64,000 bases of DNA, from NCBI GenBank assembly GCA_963815195.1, contig CAWFGE010000023.1:512001-576000 (forward strand), written 5' to 3'. Source of the stretch: an uncultured Planctomycetaceae bacterium. GTDB taxonomy: Bacteria; Planctomycetota; Planctomycetia; Planctomycetales; Planctomycetaceae. A model generated the notes under the pieces. It worked only from the letters and a program-made list of their open reading frames with translations, had not been told where the DNA came from and made no database searches. Positions within the stretch are counted from its first letter, which is position 1. Every line of letters starts with the position of its first letter. Shown one piece after another: positions 9,547-21,400 of this stretch. A program made the position numbers and the translations under genes.

Positions 9547-10980
9547 CACTTGCTCCTGAATCGTCGGTTGGCTGCTGTCTGGCACGTCGAGACTCCTTCT
9601 GCTCCTCCATCATTCGCTCGATCGCACTCGCGTCGATGGACACCGGGCAGGTCCAAGACTTGGGCGTCGCGCTGACTGCAAACAGTCGATCTCCGGTACC
9701 GATTTCGACGACACCATCCCGACTGATGTGCTGGATCGTAGCAAGCGTCTTGGCGAACCAGTGCTGGTTGTACCATCCCTTCGCGGCATCCTTTCTGCGC
9801 CGATGACGGCACGGCCTGAGTGTGGCGTACCGGCCTCATCGGTCACACGGATCGCGAGCCGCAAACGGACCTCCCAGGAATCGGCTTCGGATGAACCCGA
9901 AGCGAAGAATTTGGGGGCGATCTGGTAGCGGTACACTTCGTTCGGCTGCGGGCCCGGCCGAAACAAGGACTTCTTACCTGTGACACCGGTGTTGCGGTTC
10001 TTCCCATTGACATCAACATAAGAGATGCGACGTGAGTCCTGGTCTTCAACTGGAAAGTAAATCAGCTCACGATCCGGACACCACATCAGCCCAGCTCTAT
10101 AACAGGCCGCCTCCAGACATCGCCTCACCAATTCAGTCACGACGTGTCTTGGATGGCGTCCTGCAAAGTGTGTTTCACGAGAATCGGGATCTGTGCAGGA
10201 GATGAGTGCCTCCGCAAACCTTTGACGCGAGTCGACCAAATCATGACCCGGTGGATAGTGAAACGACAGTGCCCGCTGACCGACAAGGACGAATGCCCAA
10301 TTCTCACGAAGTTGTTGAAGCTGTAGAGGGTTCGGTTTCCTTCGCAGCGGAACGGAAAGAACTGACTCGGGAAGGCTGAGTACAGGAAAGGCATTTGAAT
10401 ACAGAGTCTCCGCGTTCTCTGTCGTGAGTGGCTCAGGAATCAACGAACCAAGCGCCATCGCACGTCCGGACTCAATGTCCCACGATTGGGGCACATCATG
10501 CTTCTGGAAGTGCCTCAGCAATGTGTCCAATCCAAGCACCCAGCCATTCTCAAAGCTGATGACGTCGATTCCCTCGACACGGCTGCTGAGTGGTGGCACT
10601 GCTTCGGAAGTAGGTTGGAGAGGGAGGAGACAGTTCTCAATTGATGCGGAGACCTCACAACGCCCACGGAGATCTCCGTCGGCTCTGCCGGTTGGTGAAA
10701 GGATTGCCAGATGGCTAGCCGCCCGCCGCTCAATGAGTCCTCGAATCGCCGCATCGCGATTCAGTCCGGCATAGGGGGACATTCCGTTGCAGCAGACGTT
10801 GTATCCGGCAAGTTCGAGACGTCGTGTCAGCCAGGCGGCTAATGGGAAGTCTTCGTCGACATGGTCGATCAGAACGAGATCTCGCTGCTCCTTTCCAATC
10901 AGTTCGCCGCCAATGTTGTCGAAGAATCTCGGCGAGAAAATCGAAGGATATGCCGAGAGCAAGTGATTTGCTGGACCGGC

Positions 10981-12449
10981 CACCCCTTTCAACATGTTAG
11001 TTTTTTGCTATAAGTCGCTTCTACAGGGATTGTTGTATCAAACCTTATGGAGGCGGCAAGGATGTGGCCCGACGCTGTGCTTGATCGTTTTGTGGAACAA
11101 TGTCCAGCGGCAGTGATGGTTCGAGCGACGCTCGAGAATCTTGTGTCGCCGGATCGACTGGATGAGATTTTCGCCGACGCTTCGCAGAGACAATACGAGA
11201 AAGAATTGCTGTTTTCGCAAGTGGTGGCCCTGATGATGGGCGTGGCGACGCGGACGCACAAGTCGGTCCATGCCGGGTACTTGGCGGCCAAGGAGCAACT
11301 GGCGGTTTCGCCGGCCGCACTTTATGGCAAGTTGAACCGTCTGGAACCCGGCCTTTCGGCGACGATGATCCGGGAAACGAGCCAGGACGCGGCTCAAGTC
11401 ATCGATGCCATGCCGGGAGCATGCCGCGAACTTTTGCCGGGCTATCACGTGCAGTATTTGGACGGGAATCATTTGGCGGCGACTGAGCATCGGCTGGCGG
11501 AATTGCGCGTCACGCGGGAAGGCCCTTTGCCGGGCCAGACCTTGGCGCTTCTGGACGCGCAGCGGGATCTGATTTCGGAACTGCTTCCGTGTGAAGACGG
11601 CCATGCCCAGGAACGTTCGCTTCTGCCGGAGACTTCTGGAATGGATCCGGGCCGAGACAGTGACAATCGCCGACCGGAACTTCTGCACGACCAAGTTTCT
11701 GTTTGGAATTGTCAAGCAGTCGGCCTACTTTGTCATTCGCCAACACGCTTCGACACTCACCTGGAAACTCGTCGGTCGCCGGAAACGCATCGGACGCATC
11801 GAAACGGGTCTTGTTTTCGAGCAGTCGGCCGAGCTGTCCCAGGGTGAAGAGACGTTGCGAGTCCGGCGGATCACCATCCAATTGGATACGCCCACAGAGA
11901 ATGGTGACACTGAGATTCACATCCTGACCAACTTGCCTGTCAAAGTCGCCAATGCGCGAAAAGTGGCTTTTCTGTATCGCAAGCGCTGGACGATTGAAGA
12001 AGCCTTCCAAACTCTGACCGAGGTGTTGCGTTGCGAAGTGGAGACGCTGGGCTACCCCAAGGCGGCGCTGTTCGCCTTCGCCACGGCGGTATTGGCCTAT
12101 AACACTTATGCCGTCGTGAAAGCGGCCCTGCGGTCCGTTCACAGTGCAGAAACGATCGACGAACAACTGTCGGACTATCATCTGACGCAGGACGTGACAG
12201 CCACGACGGTGGGCATGAACATCGCCGTGGACGCGGAAATCTGGGAGGGCTATCAAATCATGCCACCTCGAAAACTCGCGATCGAGTTGGTGCGACTCGC
12301 GAAACGCATCGACCTGACGCGTTACCCCAAAAAGAAACGCGGGCCGAAAAAACCACAGCCTCGAAAAAAGAGCGGCAAACGGAATCACCATATCTCCACC
12401 GCGCGAACTCTGGCCAAATCCAGGGGTAAGTGACATGTTGAAAGGGGTG
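10981..12449 (+). mobile_element. IS4-family insertion sequence (1469 bp)
   Basis: Perfect 17-bp terminal inverted repeats CACCCCTTTCAACATGT; 11-bp direct repeat GCTGGACCGGC at 10970-10980 and 12450-12460. Confidence 0.93.
11047..12433 (+). CDS. IS4-family DDE transposase (one frameshift near 11630)
   Basis: YLDGNHL, IADRNF, YRKRWTIEEAFQTL (YREK-type signature). Confidence 0.88.
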
Positions 12450-12891
12450 GCTGGACCGGCCAACTGAGTTCTCAGTCGCTCAAGCCCATACAACTCAAGA
12501 TCCCATCCGTACTCTTCCTTGACCGTTGCAATGGCTTGATCGCGTTCACTGGGCGTGGGTTGCTTGACGAAGGAAAACACGACCTGATCGCAATCGTGGC
12601 CCATTTCCCCGATTCTGTCACAGTCTTCATACAGCTTTCTCTTCCAGTCCTTTCGTAAAGAGTAGGCAAAGATCGTCGTGACGCCACTCGGGTCAGTTGT
12701 TCGATGAAGAGCGTCTCGGCCTAAGTCCGCAGTGCCTCCAATAGGCTCAATGGTTCCGAAGCCGGCGCCGCAGAATATGTCCGTGCACAGCGATTCAAAG
12801 TCGCGGTTATCGGTGGCCCGTTCAAGACAAAAGCGTATCGAGTCTGCGGACATCTCTGTCAACCGTTAAAAATGCGGTTCCTTTGGACGGC

Positions 12892-12900
12892 ATTGTACCA
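12892..12900 (-). promoter_or_regulatory. Possible extended -10 promoter of the Argonaute operon
   Basis: TGGTACAAT about 40 nt upstream of the ATG at 12853; no clear -35. Confidence 0.3.
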
Positions 12901-13161
12901 AATACGCCAATGTTACGCCTCGGACGATGTGACTGATTCATGCTGCAGTCAATGAGGCGTGCTGGGCCGGACGATTTCTACTCGGCGGGGTGGCATGCTC
13001 ATGGCTTTGCATGAGCATGCATTTGGATGAAACTTTGATTCCTCTCAGAATCGAAAAATACAGTGACAAAACAGCGAAGTAGGATCCGCTGTATGGACCG
13101 TTTCTAAATTGGCCGATCCCAATTATTTATTGAAGCCACGCAGACAATTTCATTGTCTCAA

Positions 13162-14747
13162 TCACCCGCGCAACCCGCCCGCGAGGGGGAGGCCTTCGTA
13201 GGTGCGGCCTTCTTCGCCGGTTTGGGCGTTGCCTAGGGCGATTTGGTAGAGTTTGCGGCCGGCTTTCGTGGGATAGATCGTGTTGATGCAGGCCTGGCAG
13301 AGGGCTTCTTCGGGGAGTTCCAGGCAGCGGGTGATCGATGCCAGCGGGAGATACCGGAGGCTGTCGGCCCCGATGGCGTCGGCCATTTCTTGTTCGATCT
13401 CCGGCGTGATGCAGGTGCCTTCCATGAACTTTGGGGCGAAGAGTTCCCCTACGGTGGACATGTCGATCCCGTAAAAGCAGGGGGCCACGATCGGCGGGCA
13501 GGCGACCCGCACGTGGACTTCTTTCGCCCGGCCGCGCTCTTTGAGTTGGTGCACCAGGGCTTTCATCGTGGTCGAGCGGACGATCGTGTCTTCCACCAAG
13601 AGCACCCGCTTGCCTTCGAGCACTTCCCGCAGCGGAGTGTATTTCATCCGCACCTTGTCCGCCCGGTTCGTGCCTTCGATGAACGTCCGTCCGACGTAGC
13701 GGTTGCGGATCAGGCCTTCCATCGAGGGCACTTTCAAGTGGAAGGCCATGCTGTCGGCGGCGGCTTTCGCGGTGTCGGGGACGGGGACGACGATGGTGTC
13801 GTTGTCGATGGGGGCGGTTTCCTGGTTCGCCAGCTCCTCGCCGAGCCGTTTGCGGGTGAGATAGACGCTGCGGTCGTCCAACGTGCTGGCGACGTTGGCG
13901 AAATAGATCCACTCGAAAAAGCAATGCGACCGGCGTTTCTCCGGGGCGAACTGTTTGATCGAGAATTCCCCGTTCTCGATGATCGCCGCGTGGCCGGGCG
14001 GCAGGCTTTTGATGTTTTTGTCCTCGAAGCCCAAGTGCGCGAGCGCGACACTTTCGCTGGCGGCGGCGAACAGCGGGCCTTCCTTGGCATAGCAGAGCGG
14101 GCGGAACCCCATCGCATCCCGGGCCACGAACATGTCCCCCAGGGCATTGAGGAACACCATGTTATACGCCCCGTCCAAGCGGCGCACAGCCGCGCGAGCA
14201 AATCGCCGAGGGACACCCTCTGGTCTCCCGACAACTCGCGGGAGATGAGGTGCATCAGAATTTCGGTGTCGGTTTCGCGGGCCAGGTGGAAATTCGGCTC
14301 GGCGAGAATCTCGTCCCGCAGATCGGTGTAATTCGCCAACTGGCCGTTGAAGGCAAAGCTGAACCATTTGGATTTTTCGATGTGGTGCCGCTCGAACGGC
14401 TGGGCGTAGCTGCGGTCGTCTTTGCCGCAGGTGGCGTAGCGGGTGTGGCCGATGGCGGCAGGGCCGGAGTATTCGACCATCAGTTCGGAAACCAGGCTGG
14501 GATGGTTCAGATGGAACACCTCGGTGACGCTGCCCACGTCTTTGTGGGTGTCGATGAGTTGCCGGCGCCGGGGGTGAAAGCTTGTCATGCCCGCGGCCAA
14601 CTGCCCCCGGTTTTGGATGTCGAGGAGAAGTTGCATCATCAAGCGGGCGGTTTGGTCGGGGTCTTCAAACGGGACGAGGGGGCTGACGTATTCGCCGGGG
14701 AGATGATAGACGGCCGCAACGCCGCACTCGTGAAACAGTTCCGCCAT
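13162..14747 (-). CDS. purF: Amidophosphoribosyltransferase (frameshift near 14190)
   Basis: HECGV N-terminal nucleophile, [45 protein letters not shown]. Confidence 0.95.
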
Positions 14748-15487
14748 TCGGGAAGGCTCTCAGGGCAGGGATGAGGAAGGGGAATGGACGGTGAAATCTT
14801 GGAAAATTCACCACAACTTCATCATATCGCGAGCGGGCCGGGGAACCAAGGACGGGCGGCGGATTTCTTCGCCCGAGGCGCGTCAATCGCCTGTTGTGTC
14901 CGTGAAGTGAAGTTGCGTTGGAATGGAATTTAACCCGGTCGGCCCGAATGCCGCGAAGGGGGGGATCTTTCCGGGTTTTTCCTGAAGGGAATTGACTTTG
15001 CAAGCGAGACGCCGGGATAATGGATTCCGCGAATTGCCCGCCCGTCAACCCTGGTGGATGGATTCGCGACGGAAAACCAAACATTGGAACTTGGGACACT
15101 GTTGTTGCCTTCACGGAACGGCGTTTGCATCGGGACCGGAGCCTGGCGATGTTGACCATCGATTCCCCGAACCCTTCAACCGGCATAAACCGCAGGCGTG
15201 GCCGCGGCCCGCCTGTTGGATTTCTTTGGAAAATCCCTCCGAGCTCCTACGATGCACACCCGAACCTTGCCGCATTGCGGAGTTTAGGCGTTCCAGACAA
15301 ATCAAGTCACGTTTGCGGAATGGGAAAACGAATCTTATCAATAGCAGACCCTGCGCGGCCGCATGGTGCTCCGCGCGAACTGTTCCATTTGGCGCAAGCA
15401 TCCGCATCGTGAGTAGGCATCACCAAGGCAACCGACACGCTGACGAACATCCTTGATCTCTGCAGCCACACCCTGGGGATTTCTTCA

Positions 15488-18400
15488 ATGGGACTGAGTT
15501 CTTTCATTCAAAACCTGTTGGCCCGACGCCGCGGCGAGCGGCGGACAGCTCGGTCTGCGCGCAGGAGTCCGTCCAACTGTTCCTCACCCGCCTCGAGGAC
15601 CGCCGGGTCTTGAACGCGGCGTTTGCGGTCTCCGGGGGCAACTCGCTGCAGCTCAACAATTTCACCCAGACATCGGCGGAAAGCCTTACTGTCCAGGACA
15701 CGGGGACCGGTTCTTACCAGTTTGTTCTTTCCGACGGCAATTGGAGCGGAACCGACGGCGGCGGCGTGACGGGGAACAACTCGAACACGCTCATCGTGGA
15801 CAAGACCCTCATCAACAACTCGATCCAGATCAACGATTCCGCCAATATCGACTTTGGGATCACGTTCGACAGCAGCGATTTTTCCGGGCTGTCGGGAAGT
15901 TTGGACATCATCGGGGCCGGGGCGGTCTCCCAAAACCTGGGCACGACGCTCAAGGTCTCGACCTTCAACGTCGATGCCGTCAGCGTCTCGCTGGGAGAAA
16001 CGACCAATAATTTCGGGGCCGTGACGGTGAATGTCGCCGCCGACGCCACCCTCGCCGATACGGACGACATCACGCTGGGCAATGTGACCACCGGGAGTGC
16101 GTTCCAGGTCACTTCGGGCGGCGTGATGACTCTCACGGGGAACGTGTCCTCCGGCGGAACCGTGATGCTGACCGCTTCCGGCACGGGCGCGGACATTGTG
16201 ATGCAGCCTGCGTCGGTCATCAGCACGACCGCCGACAATGTCACGTTATTGGCGGATGACAGCGTGCAACTCGCTCAAGTCGTCGCGGGCGGCACGAGCA
16301 TGGTCAGCGTGACCGCGACCAACGGAGCCATCACCGACGCGGATGCCGCGGACGACACGACGCCCAACATCATCGGTGACAATGTCCATCTGCAAGCCGC
16401 GACCGGCATCGGCGCGTCGGCGCTGCCGACGTTCGGCGACGGCGAAGATATCGACATCAACGCGGGCACCCTGACCGCCACGAACACGACCTCGGGATCG
16501 ATCCAGATCGATGAAGTCGACGATGTGGCTTTGAACCAGGTGTCCAATCCCGGAGGGATCGTGCTCATTGCCGCCGGCGGCCAAATCACCGACGGCACGC
16601 CGGGCGACGACAGCACCGTCAATATCGTCGCCGATCAAGCCGGACTCCAAGCGGCCGGCGGCATTGGTGACGGCGTGGCGGGCGACTTGAACGACATCGA
16701 CACCAACATCACAACGCTCGCCGCCCGGACCAACACCGGCGACATCAACATTGACGAGACCGATACTCTGTCCATCGGCTCGGTCGGCGGTTTGAACGGG
16801 GTGCAGATCACCAACTCCGACGGCACCGCGACAGCAGGCGACGACATCACCGTGCTCGCGGGCGGCACGCTCACGGTGAGTCAGGCCGTGATCGACAATG
16901 ACGGCGGCAATATCGTTCTGACCGCCAAGTCCGGCAATGATCTATTGGTCAATGCGGACGTGTTGGCCTTCGCCCCGGGAAACATCACGCTCACCGGGCA
17001 AAATGTAACGGTCGACAACTCGGCGACAGTCCAAATCACAGGCACGGGGACCATCACATCGACCACGCCGAAGAACGGGCCGGTCACCGGCACGGGCATT
17101 ATTACCGTGAACGCCTCGGCGATGACGATGATCGGTGCGACCTCCACCCTGCGGACCGGCGGCGGAGTGATCCAGATCACCACCGACGATCTCGAAATCG
17201 CGACCGGCGGTCTGATTGCCGCCGATGCCTTGAACGGCGGCGTGGTGATGATCCGCAACGCCAGCCCGGGCCGGGATATTGAACTCGGGGGCACGGTCGG
17301 CGGCGCGGTGCTCAACATCAGCAATGCGGATCTCGCCGGCATCTCCGCGGACTCGCTGCGGATCGGCCTTTTAGACGGCGTCAACGATGTGGGCAACATT
17401 ACCTTCACCGGAACGTTTTCCGCCTCGGCCGCCATGCTGCCCACGGTACAGCTTTTCGCCGCCGGCAACATCACACAAAACGCCGGGGCGGGATTTCGCG
17501 CGAGTAACATCGGGATCACGACCAACGGTTCCGTGGCGTTGGGCGACCCGGCGAACGATGCGATCAACACCCTCGCCGTCTCCGCGGGCGGCAGCGTGCT
17601 GTTTAACGATGCGAACTCACTGACCATCGGGCAGGTGAGCGATGCGGTGGACAACGCCTTCCCCGCCGACGGCGAAACCGGAGTTTCCGGTGTGACCGCA
17701 ATGGGGGCCGGCAATGGGTTCGTCGATCTTGAGGCTCAAAATGGACCGCTCACCGTCACTGCGGATATTTCCGCCGCGGGCGTGAATGCGACGAACAATC
17801 TCGCCGTGAACCTGCTCGCCGCCGCGCCGAACTCGGCGATCAACATCAACGCCGGCGCGAACGTCGCTTCGACGGCCGGCGCGCACCGTTATACCGCCGA
17901 CAATATGGACATCCAGGGCACGATCACCGCGTCGGCCGCGGATTATTCCGTCAACCTGCGAAACGCGACCGCGGGCGTGGCAATCAACTTGGGCTCCGCC
18001 GGTGCGAACGCCGCCAATAATACGCTCGAACTTTCCGATGCGGAGTTGGATCGGATCACCACCAACTTGCTCGCCATCGGCCGCAATACGGGGAACCCGT
18101 CGGGGAACATCACATTGACGGACATCGTCAGTCCCGCCAATACGAGCACGCTGCATCTCATCACCGCGGGCACGGTCACCGATGCCGGGGCGGGAGCGGT
18201 CGTCGTCCCGAATCTGCTCATCGAAGCCGGCGGCGGGGCGACGCTCGACAATATTCTCAGCAATGATGTGGACACGCTCGCCGGCTTGATCGCAGGCCCC
18301 GGAGCGGCCCTCGTGTTTATGGACAGGAGCGATGTGACCGTGGGCATGGTGAACCGCTTGACCGTCACCAACGACGCCAACGAAACCGCCGGCCTCGGCA

Positions 18401-21400
18401 TGCAGGTCGGCATCGACACCAACGGCGGGAACGTGCAAATCGTCTCAAATACCGGCGGGGTCAGCGTCTCGAAGACGATCGACACGACCGCGGACGTTTC
18501 GGGCCAGGACTCCGGCGCGGTGACGATCACCGCCCTCGGCACGGGCGGCATCGTCGTGGATGCTCCGATCGTCACCACGGGCATCACCGCGGCCGCCAAC
18601 GGGCAAGGCGGCGACATCACGCTCACCACGAACACCGGCAGCATCCAGATCAATACAACCACCGGCAGCCTAAACGCCGTGGGCGGCGGTGCCGGGGCCG
18701 TGGACGGCGGGAACATCACCTTGGACGCGAACGGCCAAAACGCCGACGTGATTGTAGGCGGTCCGATTACGACGAACGACGTGGACGACGGCACCGTGCG
18801 GGGCTCGGTGACGATCACTGCCGATGATGCCGTCGCGATCAACCAGGCGATTTCCACACAGGACCCGCTCGACATGGGCTTCGGGTCAATTACGATCACC
18901 GCGAATGATTCCAATTTGGATGGAAACGGCGATGGGGCGCTGACGACGAGTGCGGGAACGATCACCTCATCGCGAGGCAAGGTGACTCTCCAAACAAAAG
19001 CGGACGTCTCCGATGACGCGGCGATCACGGTGGGGCAAATCACCACCGCGGGCGGCGCTGTGCTCATCGACGCCAACGGGATGAATGCGGATGTGACGCT
19101 GACGAACACTGTCACGACCGGCGACGGCGGCGTAATGGTGCTAGCCGATGACACGGTCACCTTTCAATCCACGGCCATGATCCAGGCGACGGGCACGGGT
19201 GATGTCACGGTGCAGGCCAATGCAGATATGTCAGCCGGTGGGGGCAGCAATGAAATCCTCATGGCCGACGGTTCGGTCATCGATGCTGGCAGCGGCAAGG
19301 TGACCCTCCAGACGGCCGGAACGGGCGGCGGGAACATCACTTTGGGCCGCATCGTCACAACGAACGCCACGGCGAGTGCGGTGACGATCAACTCCCAAAT
19401 GGCTGTCCTCGACGGCGGCGACACGGGCGGAGCGGACATCGAAGCACTCGATACCGGTTCCACCATCAACATCACCGCCGTCACTGGCGTGGGAACTTTG
19501 GCCGATCCCATCGAAGCCAGCGGCGTGCGGTTCAACGTCAACAACACCGGCACCGGTGCTTCCATCGATCCAAACCAAACCTTCGAAGTCGCGATCAATA
19601 ATAGCTCGGCGGGGAACGATGTCGAGATCGTTCAACTGGCTGGGGCTTCCGCCCGCACCGTCATCAATCCCGGAGTGGCCGGCTCCACGATCACATTTAA
19701 CAACACCGGAGGCGGGCTGTTGACAATTTCCAACAGCGGCGTTTCCAGCGGGAATCTCTCGAACAACGTCAACGGCGGCGACATTTTCATCTCCACCGAT
19801 GGGGGTCTCCTGGTGACGGCCCCTCTGAACACGCAAGGTGGTTCGGGAGGCAGCTTCACGGTCAACGGCGGCGCGACGTTCGATCCGGGGGCCGCGATTC
19901 TGCTTGGAGCAGGCAATATCGCCCTCACCGACACGGGTGGAACGCCGGACATTGTTATCAATACGCCTCTGACGATCTCGGGCTCGACGGCATTGAACGC
20001 CCCGCGGGACATTATCGTTAACACGGCCCTCACGATGTCCGATGCCGCGGGCAACTTGACGCTTTCGGCCGACAGCGATATGGACGGCGTGGGCGGCGTC
20101 GTGGTGCGGACCGCGGGGCAGGTCGTCTCTGCGAACACGCTCACGATGGAAGGCTCGGATGTCTTCGCCACCACCTCGGTCTCCGCCCCCATTCGCGATG
20201 CGGTCAACATCGAAGGCGACGGCGCCAACGTCCAAGTTCAATCCGCGGGCGATCTCACCATTCAAAACCGCGCCTCGGCGAGTGCCAATGCCGACGTGGT
20301 TTTGGCCGGCGTGATTCAATCGACCTCGGGCAACATTTTCATCGACCCCAACTTCGGAAATATCGCGCCCGCGGCGGACAACAAAATTCACCTGGCGGGC
20401 GACACGACGCTGACCGCGGCGGGGGACATCACCTTCAACGGCCCCGTGACTGACGATGGCAACAACGCGACGGCTTCCAATTTGACCGTCAACACCACCG
20501 CGAAGACGGTCTTTCGGGGGCGGGTGGGCGATGATGTCACCAAGTCCGCCACGCTGCCCGACCGCATCGACAGCTTGACCACCGACCCCGGCGGAACCAC
20601 GGAAATCCACGGCGGCTTTGTGAGCACCGTTAATTTTCAGACGTACGGCGACAATGTCCTCATCGATGCCGACGCCGGCGGAGCCACAACGATCACGGCG
20701 GGCGGAAGCGTCATGTTCCAAGGCACGGTGGACGGTTTGGACGCCACGGCCAACGACGATTTGGTCCTCGACGTCACCGGCACGACGACGTTCGCCGACG
20801 TCGTCGGCGGAAACCAGCGCATCGGCGACGGCACGGGGCCGGCTTTGTCCGTCTACTCCGACGGAGAGACCTTCTTCAATTCGCAGGTCGTCACGCAATC
20901 CGGCCTCTATCAAGACAACAACGCCGGGCGAATCACCTTCCGCGAAGACGTCAACATCGCCAAGGGCGATACGGAAACCTTTCTGAATGCCGACGTGACC
21001 TTGGACAGCCTCACGTTCTTCTCGGACGGGAACATCACGTTCGGATCGGGGCCGGGACTCGATAACCTCTATATCGAAGTTGGCTCGCTGGTGGACACCC
21101 GCAACAGTAGCGGCAACGTCACGGTCAACAGCAACATCACCGATCCGCTGGCGACGAACCAGAACCTGACCTTCAACTTGAATCAGGGGGATCTGATCAT
21201 CGCCGGCAGCGTCGGCACGGCGGGCAACCCCTTGGGCAACCTGCTGGTGCAAAGCGCCAACGATTTCTTCTTCGCCCCCTCGGGCTTTCAGAACATGTAC
21301 GTCGAAAGCCTCGTGCAACAGACCGGCATCGACGCGCCGGGCGACACGGCCGACACGAACCTGAGCGGGAACGTCACCGCACTCACGGGCGGCATCAATC

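Larger units (their letters stand above)
9539..12853 (-). pseudogene. Restriction-endonuclease-like (Mrr-like)-TIR-APAZ partner of the short pAgo, ~610 aa when reconstituted; interrupted by IS4 element, plus a frameshift near 9800
   Basis: N-terminal DFESLC..GGTADLGRDA..FAYSLRKDW; TIR-like VLIDH..AAWLTRRLELAGYNV; APAZ-like ETLYSNAF and, after the frameshift, RRKDAAKGWYNQHWFAKTLA; stop overlaps the pAgo start (ATGACTGA). Confidence 0.85.

Noticed and set aside
11510..12862. 450-aa ORF as a real protein
   Set aside because: Only the first ~138 aa are genuine; the rest is read-through into the antisense strand of the IS4 transposase.
13162..14747. purF and argH as true pseudogenes
   Set aside because: All catalytic motifs are intact and single indels recur across the window, which fits sequencing error.
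14750..15480. ncRNA or riboswitch in the 730-bp region between purF and the giant protein
   Set aside because: No motif I can recognise, only a weak TTGACT..GATAAT candidate near 14992-15021. An Rfam search would be needed.
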